A stretch of 61,688 nucleotides of DNA, filler included, from Choristocarpus tenellus KU-1152 (taxonomy: Eukaryota; Protista; Phaeophyceae): assembly GCA_964200185.2 (NCBI GenBank). It is 11 parts of 11 records of this genome, joined end to end, with 100 filler letters (N's around TTAATTAATTAA, not from the genome) between each part and the next. Parts side by side here need not be neighbours in the genome. Positions count along the whole stretch, not along the records: positions 9,925 to 14,569 come from CAXNAD020013649.1; positions 14,670 to 22,481 come from CAXNAD020005555.1; positions 22,582 to 30,173 come from CAXNAD020005912.1; 8 more parts are not named here. One strand, 5' to 3'. The first letter of the stretch is position 1. The number at the start of each line of letters is the position of its first letter. The position numbers and the translations under genes are program-made. This document shows positions 10,909 to 23,858 of this stretch, piece after piece. The notes below the pieces were generated by a model, which had not been told where the DNA came from, searched no databases, and saw only the letters and a list, made by a program, of their open reading frames with translations.

Positions 10909-11341
10909 GAGTCAATGTATCTTAGAGGGTAGAGCCGCATCCATTTGGGGACCAAAATCGAATGTTGCGATTTTTATGTAGTTTTGTCTATCATATTTGT
11001 TAGGAATTGTCAATATCCTTGTTCCAGACATGTCTTCTTATAATGTATACATTTTACCTACTCCGAAATATTTTGGAGTAGGGAAATGTCATAAAAAAAC
11101 CACGGGAAGCCAAGCCCTAAATGGACAAAGGCTCAGAGTATCTGGCAGGGGGTGGCGGATGTCTATTTGGGGCCATTTTTTTCATCTTGCGATTTTTGGG
11201 TGATTTGGTTGCACACGTCAGATGTGTAATGAAAGTGCGCTTTTCCTGATTTTGACCCAAAAAGACACCCTGGCACAGTTCCCCCCCAGATACTTTGGGT
11301 CAAACAGGGCAAAACTCGTACCCTCTAGAATATTTTCACTC
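10909..11341 (+). mobile_element. MITE family B copy carrying a nested family A MITE
   Basis: GAGTCAATGTATCTTAGAGGG ... CCCTCTAGAATATTTTCACTC with ATCA on both flanks. Colinear with 2733-2989 apart from the insertion. Confidence 0.9.
11130..11301 (+). mobile_element. MITE family A, full copy (172 bp), 3-bp TSD AAA
   Basis: GGCTCAGAGTATCTGG ... CCAGATACTTTGGGTC. The empty site GGAC-AAA-CAAGGC is visible in the family B copy at ~2946, proving the AAA duplication. Confidence 0.93.
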
Positions 11342-11460
11342 ATCACGACAGCGAGACAAGAAGATCCGCCGAGGCCACTCTATCCCCTCAATCTACCCTC
11401 GGCACCTTCTCTGTCAAGAGGCGACTGAAAAGCAAGTACCGTGTGACAGTGTGATGTTAG

Positions 11461-12628
11461 GTGACGAGAAAGTGCGAGCAGTGTAGTGCAGCAGCACGAT
11501 CATATTGCACAATTGATCACACAGCGGCGACACTGACTTTGAGAGAAGAGGCATGGCAAGTATTACCATACAAACGTGTGGTTGGATCTTTAACCACGTC
11601 AGAGCACTACTCTACAGTCTCTGCCACCTCAGGAAAGCAGGAAGAGAACGGCGAGTCCATCACCAGGTGGTGCAGTGACGAAGTCTGTGGGAAAGTCTGG
11701 TCTAGGCAGGTGAAGAGAGAACCGAGGTGGCCGTCCGAGGGGAAGGTTGGGGATGGGAGAGCAGTGCGGCTGCGTGCCATTGCTCTCAGGAAACATCTAA
11801 GCGAAAACCCAAGTGTAGAATATCTTAGTAGTCGGCAGCTACATCTAGCCCAGACTGTTTGGAAGGTATGCGAGCCGGAGTGGCTTAAGGAAACGAGGAA
11901 GAAAGTGTTAGGGTTGGGCTAATAGGGCTCTGAAGCCCAAAAGAAGGTCGAAAGGGCTCCCAAGGCGGAGGAGAAAGCCATCGTAACAAAGGCAGCTGTG
12001 GAGACGTTTCGATACCACCAAATCCTTTACTTAGAAAAGGTCGTGAAGAAGGTGGAGGTAGCCATCGACGAGGTTACCAGGGAAGAAGAGGAAGTGAGAT
12101 TGAGACTATTTGCGCACCAATGGTTTGGTGTCTCCCACTTCTTGAAAGATGCCGTACATTCCCTTTTGTTCCTGGACTTAGGGTTGGACGTATAGAGTTG
12201 ATTAAGATTTTCTCCCCACCTGCATTCATCATTCGAGATATCAAGACAATTCTCGATCAGCTCAAGCCTGTCCACCCTCGCCTTTGCACTTTGATGATAA
12301 AGTATCACCGGCCCAGGAAACACGGACGACGCCCATTTCCGGCTCTCAACGAGGAAATGTGATAGTAAAGGCTCTAACACTTCATATCCCGTACCTGTGC
12401 ATGAATGACAGGAAAGACCGTCAAACGGCGCTCGAGATGGCAGCAGGATATGCAATGGTCAGGTGGGAAACTGTGAGTAAATGGCAGAGCGACTCCCTAA
12501 GTAAGGGCCACACAAAGGTATCGGAGCAAGGGCACTACAAGAGGCGTTTCGTTCTTGGGCTCGACGAGGACTTCCTCTTCGAGGTCAAAGAGTGGGTGCG
12601 TGAACACACAGGAAGAAAGGGTGTATGA
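11461..12628 (+). pseudogene. Disrupted ORF, probable N-terminal half of an unclassified DDE transposase
   Basis: Fragmented ORFs. AAGYAMVRWETVSKWQSD..SEQGHYKRRFVLGLDEDFLFEVKEWVREHTGRKG resembles the HTH plus SxQGxH...DED...WVR..KG segment of uncharacterised eukaryotic DDE transposases. No catalytic core or TIR seen. Confidence 0.4.
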
Positions 12629-13146
12629 ATTTTTCTCGCCTAAACAAGAAGTTTCCTTCCACCTTCTAAGATACCCTCAATAAATGGTAAAAGATCTTGA
12701 TCATGTACAGGTGTCAGAAGATGTTCGTCTGGTTCATTCGCTTTGTTATTCCTCCGCCATGAAACTCTGAAAACGATTTGTGGTAGTGTCGAGCGTGTTC
12801 TGTCGTCACCTTGATCGAACTGTATGCCAATCCGAATGATATGGCATATGTGATGCTCAAAGTTCGGGTAATATACTCAGAGCTTCCCCCAAAATACTGT
12901 AAAAGTACTCTCCCACTTCAGAACGATTGCCGTTGTTGCCACTGTGAAACAGATGGAAGCAAGTCGACAGGTTCTTCTTCATAATGAAGGGGAGCGGGAA
13001 GACCCACATGAGGCGAGAAAAAGGAGAGAGGCAAGTCAGGAGGGTGAGCAATCCCTCAGAAGATCACTCAGGAAAGGAGCGAACAAGGTGGCAAAGTGAA
13101 TGGAGTTTTGCAAGGTCCCCTCAAACCATCCGCTATTTAGTTCAAA

Positions 13147-13254
13147 CAGATGTTACCTTTAACCTGCAAAAACAAAAGTCATCTGAATATCAGATTCTTC
13201 AAGATAGGTTACCTTCAAGGTATACCTCCTTTGGGATATGGTGCTCACATATAA
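13147..13254 (-). mobile_element. LTR fragment homologous to the Gypsy 3' LTR at 40275-40426 (may extend left toward ~12622)
   Basis: CAGATGTTACCTTTAACCTGCAAAAACAAAAGT...TTCAAGATAGGTTACCTTCAAGGTATACC...CTCACAT aligns with 40275-40423. Confidence 0.75.
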
Positions 13255-13351
13255 TAATATATATATATCCCTTCAAAATGTCATGCATTTCAAGGTTAAG
13301 ACACCAAGTGGATAAATAAGAAGGGGCCTGTCAGATTCTTGAGATGCTTCC

Positions 13352-13911
13352 TGTTAAACCATAGGCTACTCATCTGTTTTTTTCTTGATACGATACAGTT
13401 CCACCAGTCAACACTGACTGTTGATTGGTCTGTTACGCACTGGTTGTTACTGTCAAGAGTTCATCATCACATCAATTACCGTCAGAACCCTGTAGTACAG
13501 AAACGTCGCTCTGCATTATACAGACGAATAGTATGCGCCACTTGACTTGCATCACTTATTGATTCAAGTTTGTTCTCTTGTTCTCTTGTTTGTCCTTTTG
13601 TTTCTCTCTTTCTTCTTGTCAGCAGAAGATGACAATTTTTACGTTGATTGTCGTTGACACCTCATAATGCGCCAAGATCACGCTGCATTAAGTGCCCCTG
13701 ATGCACACCTGGATGTAATATAATCAGAGTTTAAAACATCTACAGAAACCCTCGCCAGCCAAGGTAGCAAGCCTCTCCATAAAGCATGGACTCCTTTCAT
13801 TGAGTTTCTCATAGAAGAATACTAAATTAACATCGCATCATTCTTGACTGAGCGATCAATGACCTCAGTTGCAACAGAACAAATACATCGGTGCTTTGCC
13901 GCACAATCACA
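13352..13911. mobile_element. LTR family C copy, interrupted at 13912 by a Copia element
   Basis: Starts TGTTAAACCATAGGCTACTCATC and is colinear with 3412-~4001. Confidence 0.9.
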
Positions 13912-14452
13912 CGTTAAAGTATCTCCCAAATCATCAAAGAGGATAAAGGTGATAAAACCAGCGAGATTGCTTTGTGTCTGTAGAGTGATAGATTAAAAGT
14001 TAATTGGGGCATGCAACACCCCATAAAATCAGAAATATTTCCTTTTGTATGAGAAAATGTTTCATAAAACTAGTCACTAGTAAAAGGTTCTAGAAAACTC
14101 ATCCATTAATTGATTGTTCCGCTACTCCATACATATTTTACCGTAACGGTCCGATAGAGTTGGAAGAGTCTAATCCAACACCCTCCCTAGCTCAAACAAC
14201 TCTTGAGAACTTACAAGAAAACAATTATGGATCCTAGGAGACTCCTCAGGTCAATCCTGCATGACAAGAAAACAACCAGCCATTGAACTCATTGAAAAGA
14301 AATAAATCTAAACAAACACTCAAATTCAGCAAGAAACAAACCACTAAATATAGTCTAAATTTAGTAAAGCCCTTGCATGCCTCCAAAAAAAAAAAAAAAA
14401 AATCTGCTAAAGGCTTGGTCAAGACATCTGCAATTTGTTCATCTGAAGTAAC
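13912..14452 (-). mobile_element. 3' end of a Ty1/Copia element: RNase H tail, PPT and 3' LTR (13912-14180)
   Basis: Minus-strand VTSDEQIADVLTKPLA (Copia RNase H ADxxTKPL). PPT CTAGGGAGGG (14181-14190) is directly followed by TGTTGGATTAG. The far end reads ACTTTAACG (cf. TTTAACA). Confidence 0.8.
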
Positions 14453-14569
14453 AGTTGAAACCTGAATCGCGAAGGGGAATCGTGTGAGGCACATAACCTC
14501 TTCAAACCTGAATCGAATGCATCGTACATGTAGGTAAAATGCGTAGACTACTAGCGATGAGGAATCATG
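14453..14569. mobile_element. LTR family C terminus, inverted, inserted in Copia RNase H and cut by the contig end
   Basis: GTTGAAACCTGAATCG...AAACCTGAATCGAATGCATCGTACATGT...GCGTAGACTACTAGCGATGAGG is the reverse complement of ~4055-4122. Confidence 0.85.
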
Positions 14570-15255
14570 NNNNNNNNNNNNNNNNNNNNNNNNNNNNNNN
14601 NNNNNNNNNNNNNTTAATTAATTAANNNNNNNNNNNNNNNNNNNNNNNNNNNNNNNNNNNNNNNNNNNNCCTGAGTCAGAGTAGCAACATTCGACTAATT
14701 TTAGTAAGATATTCAAACATCCATCCCCCCCTCCAGAGCCATATAAACACCTCACCTCAACCCAACAGAGACCACAAGAAAGTGATATTTACAACACTTG
14801 TTTTCTCCACTGATTGTCCCCCACAACAGTTCTTAATCAGGCTCTCGCTCTTTCTTACAATGTAAAATTATCACAAATATGGGCATGCGATGTGCTTTTT
14901 CTCAAACATAGTGGATTCATATCATATTTTTTATTTGACATTAAAGAGCAAGTACATACACATGAGTATGATGGTTGCCATATCCAAATTGTAGTCCAAA
15001 AGCTGAATTTTCAAATAACATCATAGAGCTAGCTATATGCTCAAGATGTACACTGTTAATTTGTCAAAAAAAAGGCCATATATTGGGTTAAACTTGTGCA
15101 CACATTGCTAATCTATTATGCATATCCAAAAAAAAACTCACCTTATTAATGGTAGTCAGATATTGAAATATTTACCTCCATGTGCAGGAACTTGCTCCAC
15201 GATGTCAAATCAGCAACCAAAATATCAATTCACCACATGTAGCCTGAGAAAAACC

Positions 15256-17202
15256 CAAGGATTGTCACGGGAGTGACTATTGCTGGAATGAGTATGGTAA
15301 GTGAACGTTAATTTACCAAACCATAGCATTAGACCATTGTAGTCATTACCATATCATACTGTGAAAATTCCAGAATTACTGCACTGTTACCGTCCAAAAA
15401 TTGAACAGCAATCGCTACCATACCATACCATACAAATATAATTGCCCCACATATACAGTTCTGTAGTATTCAAATCTGTTACCATACATAGTACAGACAG
15501 ATGAACAATACATAATGCTTCTTAGTAAAATAGTACTATATGTATATACAGTACAGTGTTAACAATGCATATATTGTTCATGGTCTGCACTACATTTTAC
15601 TTATTTGCTTGAGGTGATGTATGGTTGTAGATGCCATTACACTATCACAGAAACAGTGAATGCACTATTTTGGTAGAAAATTGGTAGAAAGTGAATGTTG
15701 AAGGCTGAGGAAAGGGGGATTGACAATGAAGCAGTGGCATCTTCGTCGGAGAATGACTCCTCTGGTGTGGATGCTTCCATTGACATTGAGAGGGCAGACT
15801 ATTCTGAGATTGGCAGCACAGCAGAAGAGTCATAGAGACCTAGAGATCTACTCTGAGTTCTCTTGAACTTGGTTCAAGGGGTTGGAAGGAGAGGGTGTCT
15901 GTTATTGAGGTCACCAAGCTAGGTGAGTCTTCCACAGTATCAATGTGGAAATTCTTCAAAAAATTCATGCCCTCCTAGGTGCATGTACCCAATACCAGTC
16001 CTCATACAGATGATGAATGATCTGGAACTAGACATTACGGGCTGGGACAGCAGAGCGGGTTAGCCCATGGTTTGGGGGGACAATAGTCAGGAAGAAAAGA
16101 GCTCCTGGAGGTGATGAGTAAGTAAATGGAGGGAAAGAACTTAGGCCCAGTCCACAGTCAATGTTGGGAGGTTTTCCTTCCTGCTGGACTCCTGCTAGAA
16201 GGCAGTTAAAAAGGAGAGCTGCAAAAACACTTCAGATATTATGAAAAGAAGTGTCCATAATGACCTCCACTTCTCCACCAGCAACAACACTAATGGCCGA
16301 AATGAGGCCAAGATGATGGGCCCATCCATATTCTGCACTTAATTGCCGCTCACACACTCCTAGGGTCAAACAGCAGTGAAAATGATGTCCATGTCAGCAA
16401 GAAACCCAGCCTCAGCAAGCTTTCACAGATGCTGGGAAGAGCTGATAAGTTACTTCTGGTAAACCAAAGAAATATCAAGGATGTAGCAGAGTTGCAGCAA
16501 GGTCTTGACCAGCAGGCACAGGCAGCCAAAGTTACTAGTCAGGACACCATTGCAGTTCAGGCTGCAACAGCTGGCAAGTGGGTGGAGATAAATTTGATCG
16601 ATTGATGTCCAGATGGAAGGGATTTAATACAATTCTGTACAAGTCTAAAAATTAAAATGAATCATATGCTCATGCACCACAATTCCCACTTTCTTCTCCT
16701 GTTTGCTTACGTTGAAGAAAACACAATGCTTCTCACCTTTCATGCCACTACAAACTCACACTTCCACTCTACTATCTAATTTATAATCCCGTACTTCAAT
16801 AAATATCAACATTTGATCTGTAGGTGTAAAAACATGAATTGGGGACAGTTCGCCACTATGCCATGAGACGGGCCTCCCATGTAGGGTGTGTGGGAGGGTC
16901 ACTCTTGGTAGAAAACCAAACCACAGCAGAATCACTGTACCATTGTACTATGACATCCAAACACCAAAATACTGTAGAAAACTGTGGAATTAACATATTG
17001 AACCATGATTTTTTTTTCCCAAAACATCATTAGAACACTCCGAAAAAATATGTTTCACGGCAGACCGTACCTTCCCATACCATAATTTTCCAAAAATACC
17101 TAACTGTATATTTTACAGTACACATTCCCGTACTTCAACATCGTTTTTCAAAAATTACCATAAGTGGGCTGAGGTGAGAAATCTCTACCATAATGAGCCT
17201 TG
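15256..17202 (-). mobile_element. Decayed hAT-like DNA transposon (~1.95 kb)
   Basis: Degenerate TIRs CAAGGATTGTCACGGGAG / CTACCATAATGAGCCTTG. 8-bp flanks GAAAAACC vs GAAAAATA (6/8). Subterminal ACC(A/G)T repeats at both ends. Internal minus-strand LLFDPR and NSE*IS (cf. LDPR and SERxFS of hAT). Confidence 0.5.
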
Positions 17203-19985
17203 GAAAAATAATTTTATGTGTTCATATTTGTGATTTTCTCACACAAATTTTCATATACTAGAAGAAATGACCTCAGAGGATGAAAAAAATTGCAAGATAA
17301 CAGATTCAAACACAATTACCCTCTGCAAAATGAATGAAGTATAACATATTAAAACCACCCTCAATTGTCATATTCCAGATAAGTCTTTGGACAGTGCAGA
17401 TTCTATCTTCAGCTTTTGCCTTCATCCCAAACCTGTCAGGGACGGATTCTATTCTTGTCTGGTCCCTAAAATTTCGTCACAGAGTTCAGATGGCACTAGA
17501 CAGGGCTGCCTTTGACTAGCAATTTCCAGAAGAGAGTTTGTCTGACCTCCAGAAGGAGAGTTGCTAAGAGTGATGTAACAGTGGATGTTGCAGTATATAT
17601 AAAGTTAAATATATCCTGCAGAGTCTCGATCAAACAAAAATGCACATATTACTTGTGCTCCAAAACAGTGTTACTGTCAAGGTTTAAGAATGGGAGGGTC
17701 AAATTTATCCATCCTCAGTATTTCTAGTAGAGAACAATAGGTTTGTTCTGTTGTTGGGGTTGACAAGTAAGCCCTTGACACATCCCTTGCCACATCTCTA
17801 CAACACTACCACAGCAAGCTGATGGTAGCAACTCAGTCCTTTCTGTTCCCAAAAGACGAGGACAATGCTGCAGAGGTCATCTATAACAATGTTGATCAGC
17901 TAACTAAGTCTCTTGTGAAACAGTTGAATTATATTTGTCATCTATTACATGGTATTCTGCTTGTACACTGCTGCCATGGGGTAGAAGAAAGAAAGCATTA
18001 CTTTTAAACATCCACTATATTCTCAAGTTTCACTTTGGGGCATTGTTTTAATTTGACTAGGATGCAAATCAGATTTCCTTGACAGAATACATTACAAGAC
18101 ATCAGAAGTTGGAAGCAGGGACAAGCAAGTTTCTCCAAAAAAACCTATGCCATAGCCAACATATTTATTAAATTGAATATGTGTGATAGCCTGAAGTATA
18201 CTTAGGTAACAGTAGAGAAACAATCAGGAAGGGTCTAGTAGAAGTGGATAATATTGAAGGATTTTATGCTCATACTTAAAATCGCTTTGGAGGAATGAGG
18301 AATAGACTGTTTAGTCAGGTCTCCCAGTTCTCTATATCGTCACTCGATGTATACTTCTTTGAGCTGAACATTATCATGGTGTTGCATCTATTTTCCTGTG
18401 CCATGGCTGTAGGCAATAGCCACAACTAAGCCATGGAAAGCTGTTAACCAAAGTCACTACCATCACTGGGCAGAGACAAGTACTCTCATGTCCAATCGGA
18501 AACCATCTGAAGGTTCTGTAGTAGTGGAGCACATACACAACATACCCTCGTCACTTCCATTACCAGTGAACAAGAAATTGAGCTATGCATTGGATGTTGC
18601 CTGACATTACTGTTTCACTTATGAGACTCCAATGCACTGTCTTCTTACAGCCTTGCTGATCCTGATGAATTGCTGTAGCCTGCCTTCGTGAGCATACTGT
18701 GCTGGGTCTCCCCCTTCTGTTGCACTGCACTGTGGTGCAGGTCCCTAGCTACAATACTACTTAACCACAACATAAATATACCATACTCATTGCGATGGTA
18801 TCTTAAAGTATCATACCATAGCAACTCTCATGCAACTGTGCATCCCTTAGAGTCAAGTGATTGCTCAATACTACAGTGTACAGTCATTTGTGCAAGCAAG
18901 AGGTTATGCCAGTATTGCGTCATCAAAAGTAATTATAACATAGTATTATGTACCATCATGTACAAAAGAGCAAAAGTGCTAACATGTGGTCCAGTGATAT
19001 TTCAGTCAGTTGACATGGAACGTCAACAAAGCTCATGTTGTTCCTCCAGTTACGACATCATATGGCAACAAGTTGGGTACTTGTGTTCAGGACCAGCAGG
19101 CAATATCAATGTGGTTCTCTTGCAAATCAGAGCTTGCAAATTGTTGCTATGTTGAACTATTATGGGAATATTGAACTGAATATTACAAAAAGTACAATCT
19201 GTCCCACAAACAAAACTACGTAAAATTGCACACATCGTCTTGTTGTAAGTCTAAAATACTTGCACCTACCATCCTAGTACAAATGACATTCCTCAACTGA
19301 GGAATCAGTTCCTAAAATTCATTGCAAAGGTACACCTCTACATGAACATATCGTATGCCATTGTTAGAGAGATGCAATGTGTACAGAGATTCTACTAATT
19401 AAAACCTACAAAAGTAGGATCTCTGGATTGAGTGCATTCATGTCCAATATTCATTTTTCTCTGCAAAACAGTTCAAATAGTGGAGCAGACTTGCTTCACC
19501 AGAACCAGTCATTGGACTGGACCGGGATATAGCATTGATCTTGTGTCTGAAGACACCAAGAAGCTGACCGTACTGATCATGCGTTTTTAAGATGGTGGGA
19601 ATAGAACCCTCAGATCAACCTGTTGTAGACTCAGAGGTGTACTCCCTCGGCAAGAAACATAGCCCTGTGTGTTTTGCTCAGGAGTAAGGCTCTTCAGCTC
19701 AAGGTGACATTTCAATTTTTTACCTTGGTTCGAGATGACATGATGTTGTACCTCAGAGAACCAGGAAGTCCAAAGCACACATGTTTTTAAAATTTGCTAC
19801 TTTGCCTCCATCGAAAGTTGGGTTAGATTGGAGCGTCATATCAGTTCCACGTGGAATTTCAATGTGTATTCTCAACATTCTCAGATTTGTAATAACGGTG
19901 GACACAAGGTCCTTGAAAATTGTACAACACCAAAACAACATGTAAGAAAATGTAAGAGGTTGCGATACGAGTTCAAGAGTCGGTT

Positions 19986-20734
19986 TCACGCCAAAAACTT
20001 CACTCCATCTTCATCTGAAGTTGATCCTTGAAAAATCTCCGCCCGTCCTCGCTTTTCCAGAATCCCAAGTGCCTTCCGGAACAGTCCTTCATCCATACCA
20101 AAGAACTCCTGCACAGTCGGGAAAACAAGAGACACAATTCCAGAAAAACAATCGTGTGATGAATCGAGACTTGTATAATTATCGGTGGTGGACGGATCAC
20201 ACTGGTGCATTGGAGTAACATTCCAAATCTATACTCACAGTGCCTTGAACATCATCGCCTTGGTGCAGCTCATATACAGTGAAAACACTGCCAATCATCC
20301 CATTTCTCCGAGCAAAATCATACAGTTTCCCTGCGATTTCGTCAGGGCTTTGCCACATCAAAGTAACAATCGATTTTCCAGAGTCCTTCCATTCCGCGTG
20401 TCCTGTTCGGATGAGTTCGAGTACAACCAACATCGCCCCTTCGCCATTGAGTGTACGCCTGATCGAGGTGTTCTCCCATACTGGCCAATTCTTCCACGCG
20501 AAATTATACTCCTTACGTGTATGGTGCCACCGTAGCACCAAATCACACCACAATCGCAGCTGCTTTTCCCTTGATGTAGAAATCGCATGAGAGGATCCGG
20601 ACATCAATCACTTGCGAAAGGAAAGAATGCTCGAAATGCAATAATTCCTCAAGGGCCCACCTTGTCGCCAGGACGGGTTGGATGGTGAAGAAAGGAGGGA
20701 AGTTGTAGAACTCTGGCATCTCGAAGTCATTCAT
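19986..20734 (-). CDS. VPS25: ESCRT-II subunit VPS25, complete, 175 aa
   Basis: Exons 20734-20661, 20569-20239 and 20108-19986 (528 nt; GT-AG introns of 91 and 130 nt; phases consistent). FPPFFTIQP..TREKQLRLW, FTVYEL..GDD..G.EF.GMD...KAL.ILE..GRAEIF....GVKF are diagnostic. Confidence 0.97.
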
Positions 20735-21371
20735 GGAGGACGAAAGGATAGGGTAGAGATGATAGAATGACTGATCTATCCCTCCACATAGTTTTTGTTG
20801 AGATATGGCGTATATTGCTACTACTTTTCTACTCTCTTAAAATTTCAAACTAAGACTATGGCACCAGTAGAACAGGAAAATACAATTTTTGTTATATTGC
20901 CCATTTTTATATGTGTTGGGGGAAAAGACAGTTCGATATCATATAAAACTAAAAAGTAACACTTGTGGCATCATATGTGAAAGATAACTCTCCAAAATCT
21001 ATTTACTATTTCACTACACCACTCCCCCTTATGCCCCCAACCTAGGTTAGAACTACACCACATTGCGAGGAGGTAGGGAAGTATCCCAAGAATCTGACAG
21101 ACCCCTTCTTGCCCATCTCCCTATTGTCTCCAGCTTAAAACACATGACACGTCTTGATAGAACCACTTGTGTTGTGACAGACACTATCTGTCGTAAAGAG
21201 GAATTGACAGATAATTTCCTCCTGTAACTTCCCTGCCCTCTCATTACGTAGCCAACTCATCCAGAAAACTTTCTGCTTGCTTACCAACACGGCCAAAACT
21301 TTCCATCGCAAAGGTGTTGAGATTGAAACTACCAAATACAATTGTTTTCTTAATTCACTACATACAAAGTA

Positions 21372-22481
21372 CAGTAGGTGTACCTATATAAGATAAGCCG
21401 ATATTAGAGAAAACGGGATATAAGAGAGGGTAAATTGCCTTGTCACAACCTTTCAGGCTATAAGAGAGGTTTCAGTGTTTTCCTCCCAATCTCTCTTATA
21501 TCGAGCAAACATGCATTTTTTTCCACTACTTGACCGAGCCATGCCTTAAGTTAAGCAAAATATAACAAAAGCAAACACCTACTTGACACCAGGAGCACAC
21601 AACATGGCAGTTTCTTGTCTCTCAGTACTGCACAGTAGAGTACATGCAGTATATCAGATTAAAGGTTAGACGACTGCATTTTGTACAGATACAACGATGC
21701 CCTGCACAGTGGGATCCAGCTGAACATGCAGGGTAATACTCTTGGTCCACCACACTATACATGCCAAAAGTGTTGCGTCGTGGCGGCTATCTTCATGGCA
21801 TTTGCAGCGTCACGGATCCTTTTTGGTGCTAGCAAAATGAAACACATGTACAAATTGTGTATAAGCCCCACCAAGCGCAAGGCTTCGAGTCCTCCAGCAG
21901 TGACAACACAGCATCTAAGCGCCATGATAACAAGAACAAGGGCAAGGAGAAGGTGCTACCAAATATATCTACAGAGAAAGTCTTATCCTACAAGCCTCAC
22001 AGTACCGACATTCGTAAATGCGTGAGCTTTGCAGAGAAGGTTGAAGCATTGAAACTCCTGAGGACCATGACGGGAGATGTGGTTGCTCAAAATTTTGGAG
22101 TCGGTCACAGCACCTTCTACAAGTTGAAGGAGGCAAGGACCATCATGGAGAAAGCGCAGACGCTAAAGCCTGATACCAAGTCTATGAGGGGTGCCAAAAC
22201 ATACCGAGATGCGTCAGCATGTGGATTGAAATTCTGAAAGTAGGTTGTGATCGTGATTTGAATTGTCTTTATGCACTGTCTGTGGATGAGGATCATGATT
22301 AAATTTTTTGAAATTTTGCGCACGTTTCTGTCGTACTTTAATGTCTGTACTGTATTCTGTAGTATCACAGGTGGCCATTTTTTTTCATAGAGGTAACATC
22401 CCACACAAGGTGTCCCTATAACAGCCGATCATCAAAATTGAGGATGAAGCTTTTTATTGAGGATGGGCAAGACCCGGAATG
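21372..22481 (+). mobile_element. pogo/Tigger-type element, 5' part (TIR plus CENP-B-like HTH domains)
   Basis: TA then CAGTAGGTGTACCTATATAAGA...GATATAAGAGA (pogo-like terminus). RKCVSFAEKVEALKLL..VAQNFGVGHSTFYKLK (~22013-22130) is HTH-psq type. GVPITA at ~22410 suggests the second HTH. Truncated by the contig end. Confidence 0.75.
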
Positions 22482-23858
22482 NNNNNNNNNNNNNNNNNNN
22501 NNNNNNNNNNNNNNNNNNNNNNNNNTTAATTAATTAANNNNNNNNNNNNNNNNNNNNNNNNNNNNNNNNNNNNNNNNNNNNTTTGGGGGGGGGGGGGGGG
22601 GGGGGGGGATGGAAGCATGTTGCGCGTTCTTTTTTGCATTGACGCCGACGCTCCAAAAACTCCTTTTGTTGTTTTGTTCTTTTTACTATTATTATTATTT
22701 TATGGTGTGTGTACGGCGGCTTGCTCTGTCCTCTGTGGACATAATAAAATAAATGATTTTCTGCAGTGTGCGTTGTGTGTCGTTTGACACTGATACTGAT
22801 ACTGGGGTGTAAGGGTGTTTTTGTAGGTTGGTGTGGACTTTCAGCCTTGTCTTTGGGCGATCTTGTGCGAAACATGGGTATACGCTTATTGATGCCAAGA
22901 AGTGCAGTGGTGTAGTGGTGTTTAGTGCCACCAGAGAGAGTTCTGGTGTTGTACATTGTCCCACTGTGTATTGAAGATTTGTGTCCAGTTGATTGTTTCC
23001 ACTGACACTGGCTCTAAAGTGTTCGCACTTGGAAGATTGTAAAGATTGAGCATCAATAATGGAAGTAGTTAGGTCTATTGTGCCTCATGGCCCTAGCTGT
23101 CTTGAAAGTGACTGATTTATTTTTTTTAGGTTATGTCCACACAGTTGACAAGAGAACTGATGGACGGGGGATGGCACCTGTTTTGTATCATTTTTGGAGT
23201 TTCTTGAAGTTCACAGGCGGGGATGTCATCCAAAAGGGTGGATGTATGTTTGATGGGTAACTGTTGTGGGCTACCTTGTTGCAATTGGGGAGTTCGTACC
23301 ATTGGTCAGTCAAGAATGTTGTGTGTAGTCTATTGAGTTGTGGTGTTTTTGGTCATTAACTTTTCCATGTTAGCATGTTATAATATTAGTGTGTGCCATT
23401 TCCATCTCTTACAACTGATTGGAGAGAATGGAAATCTACCGACCATTGACTGAAACAGTTGTGCTTGTAGGAGTTTGCCCTTCATCTCTTCTCTGCTACT
23501 GCTACTCTCCTATTTTTATGTTAGGGTTCCAGAAAGTTCCAGAACACTACTGTGAGAGCACAGGAGCACATATTTTTCAAAGTACTGAACTATTAGCATT
23601 TTTTTACATTTTAATTAGAGCAGAAAATTGATTGGATTTTTGTGTAGTTTTGTGCTTGGTATTGTTATGATACCAGCACGTGTGTATCTTGTGCTCTGAC
23701 ATAAGCCAACCCCATGAGACCTGACTGTAACCTGAACCCTAACCTTCATTCCTTGTTCTTGTGTTTGGAGGTAGGTCGTTGACCTCCCACGGTATCAATA
23801 CCTTACCAAACCCTTGACGTTTGATGCTTTGTTGCTACCACTTACGTTTTGTACCCAG

